From: Phyllobates terribilis
Taxonomy: Eukaryota
Assembly: GCF_046119375.1 (NCBI RefSeq)
Contig: NW_027362763.1
Coordinates: forward strand, 220,224,001-220,288,000
DNA: 64,000 bases
Direction: 5' to 3'
Positions 1 to 10,900 of the stretch are shown piece by piece. Position 1 is the stretch's first letter, and each line of letters begins with the position of its first letter. The notes beneath the pieces are model-generated. The model searched no databases, was not told the DNA's origin, and worked only from the letters and a program-made list of their open reading frames with translations. Position numbers and translations under genes: made by a program.

Positions 1-199
1 CCGTACGTTTCGGCGTTTCCATTTGTAGGGGGTGATAACACACTAGTACAAACCACCATTTATACACATACTTCTCCAATCATCACATGCGCACATGACT
101 AGTAATAACAACTACCAGCATCTCCTTACCATTGTTAAGGAACTACTGAAAGTTATTGGTTCATGCTATGAAAATGTAATAGGGGCTGACCTGACATTG

Positions 200-692
200 T
201 AGTTGATTGCTGTACTAGTGCTGTAATCATGTAAAGATGGTGGTTGAGGTGCTGCAGACCTGTAATGATAACAATTCTGGTGCTGTATTACGGTAATAAT
301 GGTGGTTCTGCTGCTGTTTTCGGGTATTAATGGTGGTTCTGATGCTGTATTTATGTAGTGATGATGGTTTTGATGCTGAATTCATGTATTGATGATGATT
401 CTGGTGCAGCATACATGTACTGATGGTTTTTTTGATGTTTTAATCATGTGCTGATGGTGGTTTGTTCCTGTATTCATGTATTAATAATGGTTCTGGTGCT
501 TTGTTTAAGTACTGATAGTTGTTCTGGGGATTTACTCCTATACTAGTGGTGGTTGTGGTGCAGTAGACATGTCCTGATAGTAGATCTGTTTTTTTTATTT
601 ATGCTCTAATGATGTTTATGATGCTGAATTCATGTCCTGATTACGTTTTTGGTGCTGTATTCATGTTCTGATGACGGTTTAGTTGATGTATT
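200..692. repeat. Degenerate low-complexity minisatellite (GGTGGTTCTGGTGCTGTATTCATGTA-like units)
   Basis: Recurring TGATGGTGGTTCT..GCTGTATTCATGT motifs through 200-690. Confidence 0.6.
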
Positions 693-696
693 CATG

Positions 697-1998
697 TGAC
701 GCGCCCCCTGGGTGTGTGCTGTGCAGGGGAACCCGGAACCGGGCCTGTTGTAGGATGCTGGGGGTTGTAGTCTCCGTGTGGCGGTGAACCGGTCCGTGCC
801 CAGGGTGGTCAAACCAGTGGCAGTCTATATGTGTTGTAATAAGTGTCCGACTACGCCACCCGTGGATTGCAGTCAGTGGGGACCGCCGCTGCGCTGCAGA
901 ACGCTGAGGCTGATGTTATATGCGCAGCCAAGAATGGGATAACTCCCCACGGGAGAAGTATTGCCTCAGGGCAGCTAGAGTAGATGATGGTAGTGATGGT
1001 GTGAGCATCCCAGTACTAATGGTGCTGGTGCGGCGATGAAACACAGAGACGTGTGGTTGCAGTTTCCAATGCTTTACTCACAGTTCTTTACTGGTCCTAG
1101 TCACCTCGGTACCGGCGGTGACTGCCCAAGCCGTGCTGCGTCCACCAGGCAAGGGGCTCGACCAACTCCCAGGCAATTCCAGAGCGTGGCACAGGACTCC
1201 CTTCCTTTCCTTTCTCTGGCCGTCCCCACCAGTGACCCACCTTTGTCCAGCTTCCTCGGGCCTTCTGTCGGCGAAACCTCTCTCCAGTTTCCCTGACCCT
1301 ATGTGGTATGCTTTCCTGGTGGATGTAGTGAGGGGTCGCACCAAGATGTGGTCACAACCTCCGGTTTTGGCTGAGGATTAGTCGCCTCCACCAATTTGGG
1401 TTCCGGTACCCTGCTCTGCCAACCCTTCACCCTGTATCTCCTGGGCATATGGGGTTCCTTCTTCACTCGTGTCTCTGGGCCTTTCTCTGTGTTCCTGTTC
1501 CTTGCTTCCTTTCTTACTGTCCTTTCTGTTCCTTCTCCTTTCTCTCTCTCTCAGGCTCCGGCCTCCTGACAAGGCCTGCCTGCGGAGCAGAGCCCATGCA
1601 GAGGCTCTGCTTCCTGTCTTCTCCTCTCACTCTTGACTTCTTCTCTGCACTGCACACTGTTCTAAGATGGTGCCCACCTTATATACCTCCTTCTAACCCC
1701 CGAGCCCAGGTGACTAGCAACCAATGGGATCCTGCCTATGCCCAGAGACCCACCCCTATCTGCTCCTACACCACTGGGTGTACTTTCCCCTCCCCACTCC
1801 AGTCAGGGACAGATGCTGTCGTGCCTGCACTTCTATCTTGTGGGAGCACCGTTGAGCTGTCCCTCGGAAATGGGGTGTGTGTGGTGCATGCAGCTACTGA
1901 GTCCTGGTCCACACTCCATCCTTACCCGGGAGTGGAATACCACACCTCTGGTCTGAGGTGCAATACCCCTGTAGCAGCCGAGCCCTCGGGGTGCAACA
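697..1998 (-). mobile_element. Solo LTR (Gypsy-like), copy A
   Basis: TG...CA ends; 4-bp TSD CATG at 693-696 and 1999-2002; homologous end to end, in inverted orientation, to 4476-5688; TATA-like TATATAA and AGTAAA on the minus strand. Confidence 0.85.
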
Positions 1999-2904
1999 CA
2001 TGCCCTAAGGAGGAAGAAAAATTGAAGTCCTACCTCAGTGTGCTATGTAACCTATGTAGATTCTGTAATCTCATGAAATATTTGTATAATCCATACTACA
2101 TTTTCAGTACTCAAGATGAATTAAAGTGTATTATTTGGTGTGGTACATAGAACTGCAAAGAACATCTACTAAATTGCATGCAAAAAATGGCCCTTTAATT
2201 TTGGTCATAATTATTTTATGGCTGAGGAAGGGAGATGAAACTGGGTCTGGACTACAAAAAGGGCTATTACCTGAAAGGTGGTGTGGTTTCGTTCATGCAA
2301 ACAGAGAATCTGTTTTAAAAATTTGAGTTATACTCCTGCCGTCACCCCTAAAAAGCTCAGCCTATTGAAGGCCAAAGAGCAGGTCAGGAGCTGAGTCTTC
2401 TCCACATGATGTAGATACCAGCTATGTTATACATTTGGAAACTGTCTCTAACAGCAGCGGCCAGTTAACCATTTAGATGTTTTTGTCCATTTCTGATGGT
2501 AACAGAAAAATAGAACAGTGGTACTAGCTACCATCAACATCCTCCCCCTTTGTGATGATCAAAAGTGTGTTTTTTTTCATTGGGGGATTATATTTCAATG
2601 TGGGAAGGGTTGTAATATGAACTTATACCATAGGTAGCAGAAAATCTAATGTCAGCCCTGGGCCTTACAGTTTCTATCCTTTTATGATGGACACAGCAAA
2701 AATGATGAGAGACGTAATGAAGAAGACAATTGCAGACCAAATTAAATTAAAAAGGTTAACTTAATTTTCCTCTTTTTAACCTACAGCTAAAGAGGTTGTC
2801 CACTACCCGAACTCAGTTACTGTTTTTTCCATAAATGCCTAAGGATTATGCCCCTAAACATCCTCATATACCTGCATATCGACGCATGCACAGATTGAGA
2901 TCCT

Positions 2905-3351
2905 GGCTCAATGACGACGTCTCGAGTCTCTATACCTCTATAACACATGAAAAAGGTATAACTGCAGTGCATAACCTCTTTAACCATTCCAAAAAAATCA
3001 GAGATGTTAATGATTTTTGTATTGACCTATTGACCTTTGTTCTTAAAGAAAACTTTCTTTTCAAGGATTCTTTCTATCTGCAGATACAGTGTATGTAAAT
3101 AAGTACACATAATGTGCCCCCCACTTATGAAAACTTCTATATGGCTACCTTTGAAGATCCATTTGTTTAACCCACCACCTTTTCATGGCACACTCCTAGT
3201 TCTGGCGTCGTTATAGTGACAACATTTTTTGCATTTGGGTGAGTGCATTGGACTCCTTGCTTTCCTTTGATCTTCACATCTACAGTATGTGGTTTGGCCT
3301 AAATTAAAATTGGAGATACATTATCACAATAGTGAGATCAACTTTCTGGAT
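2905..3351 (+). pseudogene. Penelope-like retroelement reverse transcriptase fragment (N-terminal part)
   Basis: DDVSSLYTSI, LLTFVLKEN-F-F..FYLQ, WRRYSDNIFCIW (degenerate RYIDD motif, from 3203) and INFLDT; stops and frameshifts. Resumes at ~15147. Confidence 0.8.
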
Positions 3352-3944
3352 ACAATAGGTTAGGAATGACTGACCCGGACCTTTAGGAGGGGAGCATTTG
3401 GCATTATCATGCACTTGCTCTTCTTCTAAAGGGTAGTGTTGAGCCACCCCCGTAGTGTTCGAGTTCGGTTCGGTTCGTCGAACACCCGTGTGTTCGCCGA
3501 ACTGTTCGTCGAACTGTTCGTCGAACACCTTCGAACACCGTTAAAACCAATGGCAGGCAAACAAAAACACATAGAAACACATAGAAAACACCTTCAAAGG
3601 TGTCCAAAAGCTGACAAACTGCTCAGAAGACACAACTAACACATGGAAAAGTGACAAGTACATATAGTCATGCGAAAATAAAAGAGGTGGAGGAGTAAAA
3701 GGAGGGGGAGACACAGATATAGGCATGTCATGCCCTTCTAAAATCCAAAAAGTGAGAAGCCGACACGGCCAGTCCGCTCCTGCCCGTGCCACCTCCGTGT
3801 CGCCGGGTTTGTGCCAGAGCCGCGGTGAACCCTGATGGCCAGCCCCCCTCTCCCAATACTGGTACCTGTCCGCTGGTGGGTCGAGCGAGCCCCCCTGTGG
3901 TGGAGGCAGCTCTAAGCTTTTTAATTTAAATTGTCTCTCTAATT

Positions 3945-4205
3945 TGAATGAATACACTTTAAATCCATTTACAAGGATCTATTGGAGGGCAAGTCTCATG
4001 CCAGCAGCCGCGTAATTCCAGCTCCAGTAGCGTCCACTAAAGCTGCTGCAGTTAAAAAGCTTTTATAAGGATCGAGCTCGGCTGTCCACCGCAAGGCATC
4101 CTACTGCCAGTCCCAGCCCCTATGCCTTGGGGTGCCTCCTGATGCTCTTCACTGAGTATCCCATGGTCCCGAAGCATTTCCTTTGAAAAAATTAAGTGTC
4201 TAAAC
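3945..4205 (+). rRNA. Diverged 18S rRNA fragment (non-functional, captured inside the hAT element)
   Basis: TTGGAGGGCAAGTCT..TGCCAGCAGCCGCG-TAATTCCAGCTCCA..TAAAGCTGCTGCAGTTAAAAAGCT and CCCGAAGC.TTT.CTTTGAAAAAATT match conserved SSU rRNA helices around V4; only ~260 bp, with substitutions and indels in universally conserved positions. Confidence 0.9.
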
Positions 4206-4315
4206 TACAGGTGGTGTAGCTTGCTTAACAGCCGGGATAATCCGCTGACTAGCAGACACTGCTACTAGGCACAAAGTATTTCCTGGGCTAGATGCAGTTA
4301 AAAATTTGTAATTAG

Positions 4316-6120
4316 ATACTCTCGTTGGATGCTGAGAAAGCATTCCATAGAGTCTCCTGGCACGCCATATATGATTCTCTTAAAAAGCTTGGGGTAGGGG
4401 TCTAGGGGACCCTTTTATAGCCAAAATCACGGCCCTGTATCGCAATACGTCACCTAGGCTGTAGATAAATGGAACTGTAGCACCCTGAGGGCTCGGTTGC
4501 TACAGACGTATTGCACCTCACCCAGAGGTGTGATATCTCACTCTCAGGTAAGGATGGAGTGTGGATCAGGACCCGACACCTGCATGCATTACACCACATT
4601 GCCGTGGGGCAGGGCGACCAATATGCCCCTGAGATGGGCACGACAGTCCCTGTCCCTGGCTGGAGTGGGGGGAGGGAACACTGAGGAAGGGGAACCCTGT
4701 AGTGCAGGAGCAGGGAGGAAGCAGTTCCTGGGTGCATTGAGAAGGGAGTATAAAAGATGGGCACCATCTTAGTTCAGTGCAGAGAAGTCTGAGCAGAAGT
4801 GGCAGGGAGCAGGGGCTCTGCATGAGCTCTGCTCCGGAGGCGGGCCTAGTAACAGAGGCCCAGGCCTGGAAGAGGGAGAAGGAAGGAAGAGGAGCGGAGA
4901 AGGCTCCAGGAACGAGGAATGAAGGGATCCCAGGGGTGCGGACGGGCGAGTCGCCACCGCACGCCCGAATCCACCTGCGTGGAGGGGTCAGGCCAAAGGG
5001 GGAGACCGGTCCCCGAACTAGTGGAGGCAGGAAACGACCCTCAGCTAGAAACCGGAGGCTCTGACATTTTATGTGGCGCAGCCCCTCGCTACACCCGCTA
5101 GGAAGGCACCACATAGGGTCAGGGAAACTGGCGCCAAGTTTACCAAGAGGAGGCCCGAGGCAGCCGGACAGAAGTGTTGGTAAGAAAGGCCAGACAAAGG
5201 ACACACAAAGGGGGTCCTGTGAAGTGCTCCAAAGTTATCTGGGAGTTGTCTGAGCCCCTCACCTGGTGAGCACAGTACGACGTGGGCAACCGTTACCTGC
5301 AGACGTGGTCTGGATAATAAGAACTGTGAGTAAAGGCCCTGGACTGCATCACTGACTCCGTGTCGTTACTGCTGCTGCCCTGCACCATCACCTCCATCCT
5401 CCGCATACACTGCCCTGAGGCTATACTCCTCCCGTGGGGAGTTATGCTATGCTCTGCTGCACCCACAACACCAGCCTCAGCGGTCTGCCCTGTAGCGGCG
5501 GTTCACTCTGACCGCAATCCACGGGTGGCGTAGTCGGACATTTAAACATCAAAACCACATAAATAGTTCCGCCACTGGTTTGACCGCCCTGAGCCACGGA
5601 ACCGGGTCGCCGCCACGAAGACTACAACCACCAGCATCCACCAAAAAGGGTCCGGCTCCGGGTGTCCCAAGGCCCAGGGGGTGCGTCAGAACATTTTCAT
5701 CACCTTTCACAATCACCAATGGGACAAGGCAGGGATGTCCTCTGTCCCCTCTCTTATACATCCTAGTGAGGGAGCACCTGCTCTCATCAATTCGCCATAA
5801 CCCCAATATTAGGTGGATTGAGGTGGGAGGCACCGAGTACAAGTGCTCTCTATTTGCTGATGATGTCCTAGTATATATCACTCAATCACATATATCCATC
5901 CATGCTGTTATGGCTGAAATAGATCACTTTGTTACATGGTAAAATTTTAAAATCAATGCAGCGAAGTCTGAGGCCCTCGATGTCTCCCTCCCCAAATCCA
6001 TATAGGATTCCATCCAGTCCAACTTTCCCTTTGCCTGGCCCTCACAGGGTATCAAATACTTAGGAATTCCTATTCATAGAGACCTCTCCCATCTATGTTA
6101 TCTTAATTTTGGGCCCTTTA
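4316..6120 (+). pseudogene. L1 (LINE-1) ORF2 reverse transcriptase fragment, interrupted by a solo LTR
   Basis: ILSLDAEKAFHRVSW (4316), then after the LTR FTITNGTRQGCPLSPLLY, CSLFADDVLVYI and YLG-type motif; no poly(A) tail or L1 TSD seen. Confidence 0.9.
4476..5688 (+). mobile_element. Solo LTR (Gypsy-like), copy B, inserted in the L1 RT
   Basis: TG...CA ends; 4-bp TSD GAAC at 4472-4475 and 5689-5692; TATAAAA near 4749; same family as 697-1998. Confidence 0.88.
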
Positions 6121-6139
6121 TTGAACAATTCCATACAGA

Positions 6140-7705
6140 CCACGGTTGGCAAGTTAGAACTGTAAGATTCACTACGTGAACCGCTGGTGTTTTGTGGAAA
6201 AGCACATGTACACCGTGTTCCAAATTATTATGCAAAAAGTGTTTAGGAGTGATAAGGGAAGAATTTGTTTGTTTATCAGTTAAACTCATTGATGGTGATG
6301 TGTGTCAGGGCTCTTTATATCACTGTAAGCAATTGCAGACACCTGTGCTAATTAGTTTGGCAGGTGTGTCCAATGAAAGGCAAGACTACTTAAGAAGGCT
6401 CTCTCACATTATTAAGCAGCCTACATTTTCTGCCAAAATGGGAAAGAAAAAGGATGTGTCGGCTGCTGAGAAGCAACAAATTGTGGAGTGTTTAGGTCAA
6501 GGCATGACTACAATCAACATTGTGCGATGATCAGGATGAAGTGTCTTGGCAATCAAGAAGTATGTAGCTGATTCACAGTACACACGTGTGCGTGCTGATA
6601 AGGGCAAATTGAGGACTCTTTCCTACAGGCAATTACGTCAGGTTGAAAGAGCAGCGGCAAAAAAGCCTTGTCATAGCAGCAGACAAGTTTTTGAAGCTGC
6701 TTGTGCCTCCAACGTCCCCCGAACAACAAGATGCAGGGTCCTTCAGAGGTTTGCAGCTGTGCATACGCCATCCTGGCGACCTCCTCTATCCACTTCACAC
6801 AAGCAGAAACGGCTCCAGTGGGCCAAACATTACATGAAGACTGATTTCAAAACTGTTTAGTTCACGGATGAGTGCCGTGCAGCGCTCGATGGTCCAGATG
6901 GATGGAGTGGAGGATGGCTGGTTGATGGACACCCCATGCAAACACGGCTACAGCGCCAACAAGGAGGAGGTGGAGTAATGTTTTGGGCTGGAATCATGGG
7001 GAGAGAGATTGTCGGCCCCTTTAGGATCCCTGAAGGCGCTAAAGATGAACTCCATAATGTATGTGGATTTTCTCAAACAGCACTTCCTGCCATGGTTCAA
7101 GAAGAAGAACCGTGTATTTCACAGCAAGATCATTTTTCTGCATGATAATGCACCATCTCATGCTGCACATAAAACATCTGCATCTCTGGCTGATATGGGC
7201 ATAAAAGGGGACAAACTTATGGTGTGACCCCCATGCTCCACTGACCTCTACCCCATTCAGAACCTTTGGAGCATCATTAAAAGGAGTGTCTATGATGGCG
7301 GGAGGCAGTTCACATCTAAGCAACAGCTCTGGGAGGGTATTCTGTCCTCATGCAAAACAATTGAAGCAGAAACCATCCAAAACCTGACAAATTCAATGGA
7401 CGAGAGAGTTCAGAAGCTCCTTTCGAACAAGGGGTCCTATGTGAAAATGTAACATCACCTAGAATAAAGTTTTGAGTTGAAAACTGTTTGATTTCAGTTT
7501 CTAACAACCTGCTAATGCTTATAATTTCAAAAATGACCATTTTTTTGGTCTTTATTAAAATGAAAAGGTTGATCGAAAAGTTTGGGGGATCTAAGAGTGT
7601 GGCAACCCAGTAGTCATGATTACTTCGAATTCTGACAATATGAGGGTCATGCTGCAGGTAGTGCAGCAAGAAGGCACTTATGTGTCTTGCGCATCTCGGA
7701 GCCCC
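6140..7705 (-). pseudogene. Short duplicated hAT transposase fragments (6140-6210 and ~7579-7705) flanking the Tc1 insert
   Basis: 6140-6210 aligns to ~8380-8450 and 7579-7700 aligns to ~8515-8640 of the intact ORF (LLHYLQHDP.IV.IR...DYWVATLLDP). Confidence 0.8.
6211..7570 (+). mobile_element. Tc1-like element with DD37E spacing (TRT-type), right end truncated, transposase 6438-7452 disrupted
   Basis: Starts after TA with CACCGTGTTCCAAATTATTATGC; MGKKKDVS.. HTH region, FTDE, HDNAPSH; 37 codons between the second D and the E position (mutated to Q); several stops and frameshifts. Confidence 0.85.
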
Positions 7706-7909
7706 AAAATTATTTTCCGGGCTAGATGCAGCTAAAAATTATTTTTAATTTTAAATCTGGTGGAGCTTATTATAGATGGCCTAATAGGATCAGTGCTGCA
7801 CACTGCTACAAAGCCCAAATTATTTTCCAGTCAAGATACAGATAAACATGATTAGTAATTTGAAAGCTTAAAACGGTTGGTAGGGTGATTTTAAACAATC
7901 ATCAAGCTT

Positions 7910-10900
7910 TTACTCTCCCCAGGATGACACAGGGGTAGAAAAGTCGTTTCGGATCCATGATTTGTTCATCTTTATGAACGTGAGTCTGTCTACATTATCA
8001 GTGGAGAGCCGCGTGCGCTTATCTGTCAGCACACCACCAGCAGCGCTGAACACACGTTCAGACAGAACGCTGGCTGCGGGGCATGACAAGATCTCCAAGG
8101 CGTAAGTGGCTAGCTCCGGCCATTTATCCAGATTGGAAGCCCAAAAAGAGCAAGGGTCCAGTGACACAGTCGTGGCTTCAATGTTTACTTGGAGATACTC
8201 CTGTACCATCATCTCTAGGCGTTGACTATGTGTCAGACTTCTTGTCTCCTGTGGCCTTGCAAAGGATGGGCTAAAAAAGTGGTGAAATGATTCCGCAAAA
8301 TTGATGTTACCAGCAGATACTGTGGTTCTGTTACGGTTTGAGTGCTGAACACTTGACGGTCCCACGGTTGGCAAGTTGGAACTGTGAGATTCACTACGTG
8401 CACCACTGGTATTTTGTGGAAAAGCACATGTAAGATTCTGCAACAGTCTCTGCTGATACTCCTGCATGCGTGCATCCCTTTCTATGGCAGGAATAATTTC
8501 TGCAAATTTACTTTTGTACCGGGGATCTAACAGTGTGGCAACCCAGTAGTCAGGATTATTTCTAATTCTCACAATTCGAGGGTCATGTTGCAGGTAGTGC
8601 AGCAAGAAGGCACTCATGTGTGTTGCGCATCCAGGAGCACCAAGTCCCTGTTGTGTTGGTGGCGAGGTAACAATCATGCTTCCTTCCTCTGTCCTCTCCC
8701 CCCAACCTCGCACAACAGAAATGTGATCAAGGTCTCCCTCATCTGATGAGTCTTCCATCAGTTCGTCCTCCACTTCTTCCTGGGCTCCTGCACCTTCCTC
8801 ACTAGTTTGGCTGCTACCATGCGCCCTGGTAAAACCATCTCCCCCACCCTCACATGCCTGCCGCCTTGGTGCTGCCGACCTTCTGGACCTTGCAGATGTT
8901 AGCCCTTCCGCATACAACTCCTCCTCCTCTACTTCCTCCACCTCCTCTTGTGCCACCACCTGACTCCGAATTCTGTTTAACATGTGCTCCAGCATGTAAA
9001 TCACCGGAATAGTCATGCTGATAATGGCATCGTCAGCACTAAACATCTTCGTCGCCATTTCAATACTGTGCAGAAGGGTGCATAGGTCCCTGATCTGAGG
9101 CGACTCCTTAAGCGTGATTTGCCCCACCTCTGAATCTCGTTGGCCCAGGCTATACGTCAGAACGTATTGCACCAGGGCTTGTCGGTGCTGCCACAGTCGC
9201 TGCAACATGTGCAGAGTTGAATTCCACCGGGTAGGCACATCGCATTTTAGCCGGTGAAGTGGCAGGCCCAACGACTTCTGTAGAGATGTAAGTCGCTGAG
9301 CTGCGGGATGCGAACGGCGGAAGTGAGCACACAGCGACCGTGCCCTCTGCAGAAGGCCATCTAGTCTGGGATAGTGGGCTAAAAATTGCTGGACAACCAG
9401 GTTCAACACGTGAGCCATACAAGGCACGTGTGTGACATTGCCCCGGCGAAGGGCCGCACCCAGGTTTGCAGCATTGTCGCACACGGCCTTCCCTGGTTTC
9501 AGGTCCAGTGGAGACAACCATTCATGAAATTGGTTCTCCAGAGCTGACCACAACTCCTCAGCTGTGTGACTCACATTTCCCAGACATTTCAATGTAAAAA
9601 CCGCCTGATGACGTTGAGCCCTACTGCCAGCATAGTAAGGAGGTGTGCAGGATCCCTTCTGCGCAGTTAGAAAGCTTGTGGCATGACCAGACAGGCTTTG
9701 GGTGCAGGTGGAAGACCGAGAGGAGGTTGAGGAGGCAGAAGCAGTAGAGGAACTTTGACATAAAGAGGATTGACGCACAACTCGTGGGGACGGCAAGACT
9801 TGGACAGCAGCCCCTTGTCCTGCTGTCACCATAGTTACCCAGTGCTCAGTCAGCGACATGTAACGCCCCTGTCCATGCCTACTCGTCCAAGTGTCTGTGG
9901 TGAAATGCACCCTGTCACACACAGAGTTTCTCAAAGAAGCAGTGATGTTGTGTGCGACATGCTGGTGGAGCGCAGGCACACCTTTCTTTGAGAAGTAGTG
10001 CCGACTGGGCATCTGGTACTGGGGCACTGCGACGGACATAAGGTCTCGAAAATCCTCTGTGTCCACCAGGCGGAAAGGCAGCATTTCTGTAGCCAAGAGC
10101 TTGCAGATGGTGAAATTCAACCTCTTAGCTTTCTCATGGCTAGGAGGAAATGCTCTTTTACTTGTCCACATCTGAGGTACCGAGGGCTGGCTATTGTGCT
10201 TAGACGGGGTTGATAAGGGTGTCCCCGGCAAACTGCCGGTCTGTGAGGAAGATGCAGGCGGACATGTTAGGTTGCCTTGATCCAAAGGTGGTGCTATCGA
10301 TGTCGGACAGCGCTCAACACCAGCTGGTGTTACCACCTCCAAAGAAAATGATGACCTGCCAATCACGCTGGCTGTTGCGGGTAAAGAGGTGGCAGATCTG
10401 CGCCCCAAAACAGGTGTGACTGCTGTCCCCCCAGTCACAGAGGATGAAGAGGCCGCGGATGCACAAGATATGGCAGACGGTGGTTGGCCCGGCCGGCTAG
10501 GCCGCATTGTAGCACACTGAGCTTCCCACTGCAACTTATGCTTCATGTCCATGTGCCGGTTCATGCATGAAGTACTCAAACTATGTATTTTTTGGCCTCT
10601 ACTTAGCTTTTGCTGACAAATGTTACAGATAACACGAGTTGGGTCATCTTTATCGATCTGAAAAAATGCCCAGGCTATGCAAGGCTTAGCACCCATGCGA
10701 CCTGAAGAGCCACCACGACTTGTGGTGAGAGGCAGAGTTGTGTTTGAGGATGCAGTTGTTGACGTGCTTCCAGTACTACGTCTCTGTCCAGGAAGGCGCA
10801 ACCTGACCTCGTCGTCACTAGCATCTTCCTCCACCTCCTCTGCTGACCTCATCTCTTGGCTGACTGTGGGTTGACAGTAAGTGGGATCTCCGACCTCATC

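Noticed and set aside
1-40. GTTTCGGCG at the window start (CGCCGAAACGTACGG on minus) as a hammerhead
   Set aside because: No CUGANGA partner visible and the motif is cut by the window edge.
1449-2150. 233-aa ORF, and the 212-aa ORF at 4566-5204
   Set aside because: Both lie in solo LTRs, antisense to LTR orientation, with no domain motifs and no conservation between the two copies.
3945-4205. Functional 18S rRNA gene
   Set aside because: Only ~260 bp, mutated at conserved positions, with no rDNA context.
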